The notes beneath the pieces are model-generated. The model was not told the DNA's origin and did no database searches. It saw nothing but the letters and a program-made list of their open reading frames with translations. DNA of 9,004 nt from contig NW_021828197.1 of NCBI RefSeq assembly GCF_006345805.1, forward strand, positions 1-9,004. The letters run 5' to 3'. Shown in pieces: positions 7,017-9,004 of this stretch. Every line of letters begins with the position of its first letter. The first letter of the stretch is position 1. Both the position numbers and the translations under genes were made by a program. The stretch is from Octopus sinensis. Lineage: Eukaryota.

Positions 7017-8237
7017 TAAATTGAGGCCATCGACTGCACCTGTTAACCAGTACTGAAGCGATAGATGTAAAACCTTGTAATCAAAAAAGGTCTCAGACTA
7101 GTTCTGTAGCGGTTGTTTGTGCAGTGAGGCAGTGTGCTGAGTGATAGTGTTGCGTTTACTTCATAATTTGTGAAATTTGTGTTTTTATGATCACGTTGCT
7201 GGAGTCTGCTGTTTTATCGTGGTGGCTTTCTGTGCGCTAAGGCATGTAATCTTGTTGGCCTGTGTATTCTAAATTTCCTTAAATCTAAATTCTTTAATCA
7301 CAATAATAAATTATGCCGATAGGGGGTGAAATATCTATATCATGCAATCACAATGGTCACACTCTGGATAACAACAGAAACAAAGAATATTATGTGCTGA
7401 TAGCATTAAACTTAAGATTACAGGAGACATGGACTTCACTAAATTTGGATTACTAAATGCTTCACTGGACTTAGAATCCAATATCTGCAAATCCAACTTT
7501 AAGCCTGATGAAATAGTTAAATATATAAAGACAGTCTGGCAAAATTTACAGCATTGTGTTTCAGAATCTTATCGCTTATATGAAATATCCTGAGCCAGTA
7601 TAAATTAATGGGAACTTGCTTGAAATTCTTAAACTAGTCCATATTAACTTGTAGCTAATATAAAGTTGTATGAGAAACTTGTAGTTCTCTTCTTCAAAGG
7701 AATTTCTCTATAGGACGGCTCTTTCATACAGTATAGTATTACCAGCTAGTGGCTTGAAAATAATACCTCATACTCTCCATGCAACTCATAATTACAATCC
7801 CGGAATTAGTCACGAAATAAGCTGGCTTACCACCAGTTTATTTAAATGTTGGGATCAACACCAGAAAAAAGATCCTGATTTTCATAAGCATTTTCTGGCA
7901 ATGATAGATATAGAAGTATATTCAATAGGCTTCTGTGACGAGAAAATACAGCTGTGGTCATAACACAGAAACAATCATCTGAAGCGATTCCACCACACTG
8001 TTAGCTATCTATCTACATATACAGAGATATACGTGTACGTGACCGTATGCATGCATGTATGAATGTATGTATGAGAAATATGAAAAGTCACACTGGAAGT
8101 TCATCCGACAAGATTCTACAGTTTCCTCCTCTTTCTATTTCGAGTCAGAAGATTTGGTTGGAGCCGAGTTATTGCCAGAAATCTTCTACGTTACTGGATA
8201 TGTCTGAGCCCCAACACAGACATGCATGAATACAGAC

Positions 8238-8239
<2 letters not shown>

Positions 8240-8304
<65 letters not shown>

Positions 8305-8346
8305 TGTGTTTGTGTATGTGAGTTTGTGTGTGTGTTTGAGTGTGTG
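8240..8346. repeat. (TG)30 perfect microsatellite plus degenerate GT extension
   Basis: Perfect 8241-8300, degenerate to 8346. Confidence 0.97.
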
Positions 8347-8348
8347 AA

Positions 8349-8615
8349 GGCGCGTGGCCTGATGGTTAGTGTGTTGTACTCGGAACTGCTAGATCGTCGT
8401 TCGGTTCCCGTACTGGGTGAATCGTTGTGTTCTTCAGTAGAGCACTTCACGTTGCTCCCAGTCCAGTCAGCGGTAAAGGAGTGACCTTGCGACGGACTTT
8501 GACCTTCCAATTAACCAGGAATGTGGGCCTGCTCACCTAGCCAACAGGGCCGCGTTGTGACCAGCAAGGCATAACAACGCACGATAGCCTGCTCAATAAC
8601 ATGATAATGTGATAG
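8349..8615 (+). mobile_element. tRNA-derived SINE of a second family, near full length, diverged
   Basis: Head GGCGCGTGGCCTGATGGTTAG (A box 8355-8369) and B-box-like GTTCGGTTCC (8399-8408). Then GTTGTGTTCTTCAGTAGAGCACTT-CACGTTGCTCCCAGTCCAGTCAGC and CTTGCGACGGACT motifs, and a tail ...GGCCTGCTCACCTAGCC...TTGTGACCAGC...GTGATA. This matches my recollection of a common octopus SINE; the 3' boundary is approximate. Confidence 0.82.
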
Positions 8616-8616
8616 C

Positions 8617-8690
8617 GACACGCACACATACACACACACACACACACTGACACACTCACAAACAAACACACAAGCAGGCACACACCAAAC
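8617..8690. repeat. Degenerate (CA)n microsatellite
   Basis: Direct reading. Confidence 0.9.
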
Positions 8691-8959
8691 ATATACATTT
8701 ATATAACTATATATATATATGAATTAGTTTGTTAGAAAATCTCTATAAGAGATGAAAGTAGTAAAAATAATAAGAAGCAATGTGTATCCCCACACCAATA
8801 TGGAGGCCATGGTTGTAGACAATGGCGGTTTTATTGAATAAATTTACTCTTTAGTATTTCAATATATTTTTATGTAATATTGGTAAATATATCGATTAAA
8901 ATGAAATGTCAGTTTTATTTTCATTTTTGCTTAATTTAGACAACAGTTTATTCACCACA

Positions 8960-8961
<2 letters not shown>

Positions 8962-8997
<36 letters not shown>
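8962..8997. repeat. (CT)18 microsatellite
   Basis: Direct reading. Confidence 0.97.
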
Positions 8998-9001
<4 letters not shown>

Positions 9002-9004
9002 ATA

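Noticed and set aside
8147-8187. 9-bp inverted repeat AGAAGATTT/AAATCTTCT
   Set aside because: About one such stem is expected by chance in a window this size, and the inner pairing is weak.
8169-8510. ORFs with CVCV/HTHT repeats
   Set aside because: They are translations of (TG)n plus SINE sequence.
1-9004. CRISPR array, prokaryotic operon or autonomous transposon
   Set aside because: No repeat-spacer periodicity, long ORFs, terminal inverted repeats or LTRs were seen; the composition is that of animal non-coding DNA.

Overview
AT-rich, microsatellite-dense eukaryotic non-coding DNA (intronic or intergenic). The tRNA-derived SINEs and the compound (AT)/(AG)/(AGAT)/(ACAT)/(GT) arrays strongly resemble octopus (coleoid cephalopod) genomic DNA; this assignment is from recall, not a database search. 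No protein-coding gene, functional tRNA/rRNA or CRISPR array is supportable. Most ORFs in the track are translations of microsatellites or SINEs. Supported content: a cluster of three related SINEs at ~3.1-3.86 kb (one +, two -), a near full-length SINE of a second family at 8349-8615, a head fragment of that family at 45-125, and many simple repeats. The most interesting structures are the tail-to-tail inverted SINE cluster (a potential long dsRNA/ADAR substrate) with recognisable target-site duplications and swapped 3' tails, a SINE enclosed by complementary (GT)n/(CA)n arrays, an isolated 12-bp hairpin, and a possible decayed coding island at 7.1-8.0 kb. I found no convincing new biological system; all functional ideas below are labelled as inference.
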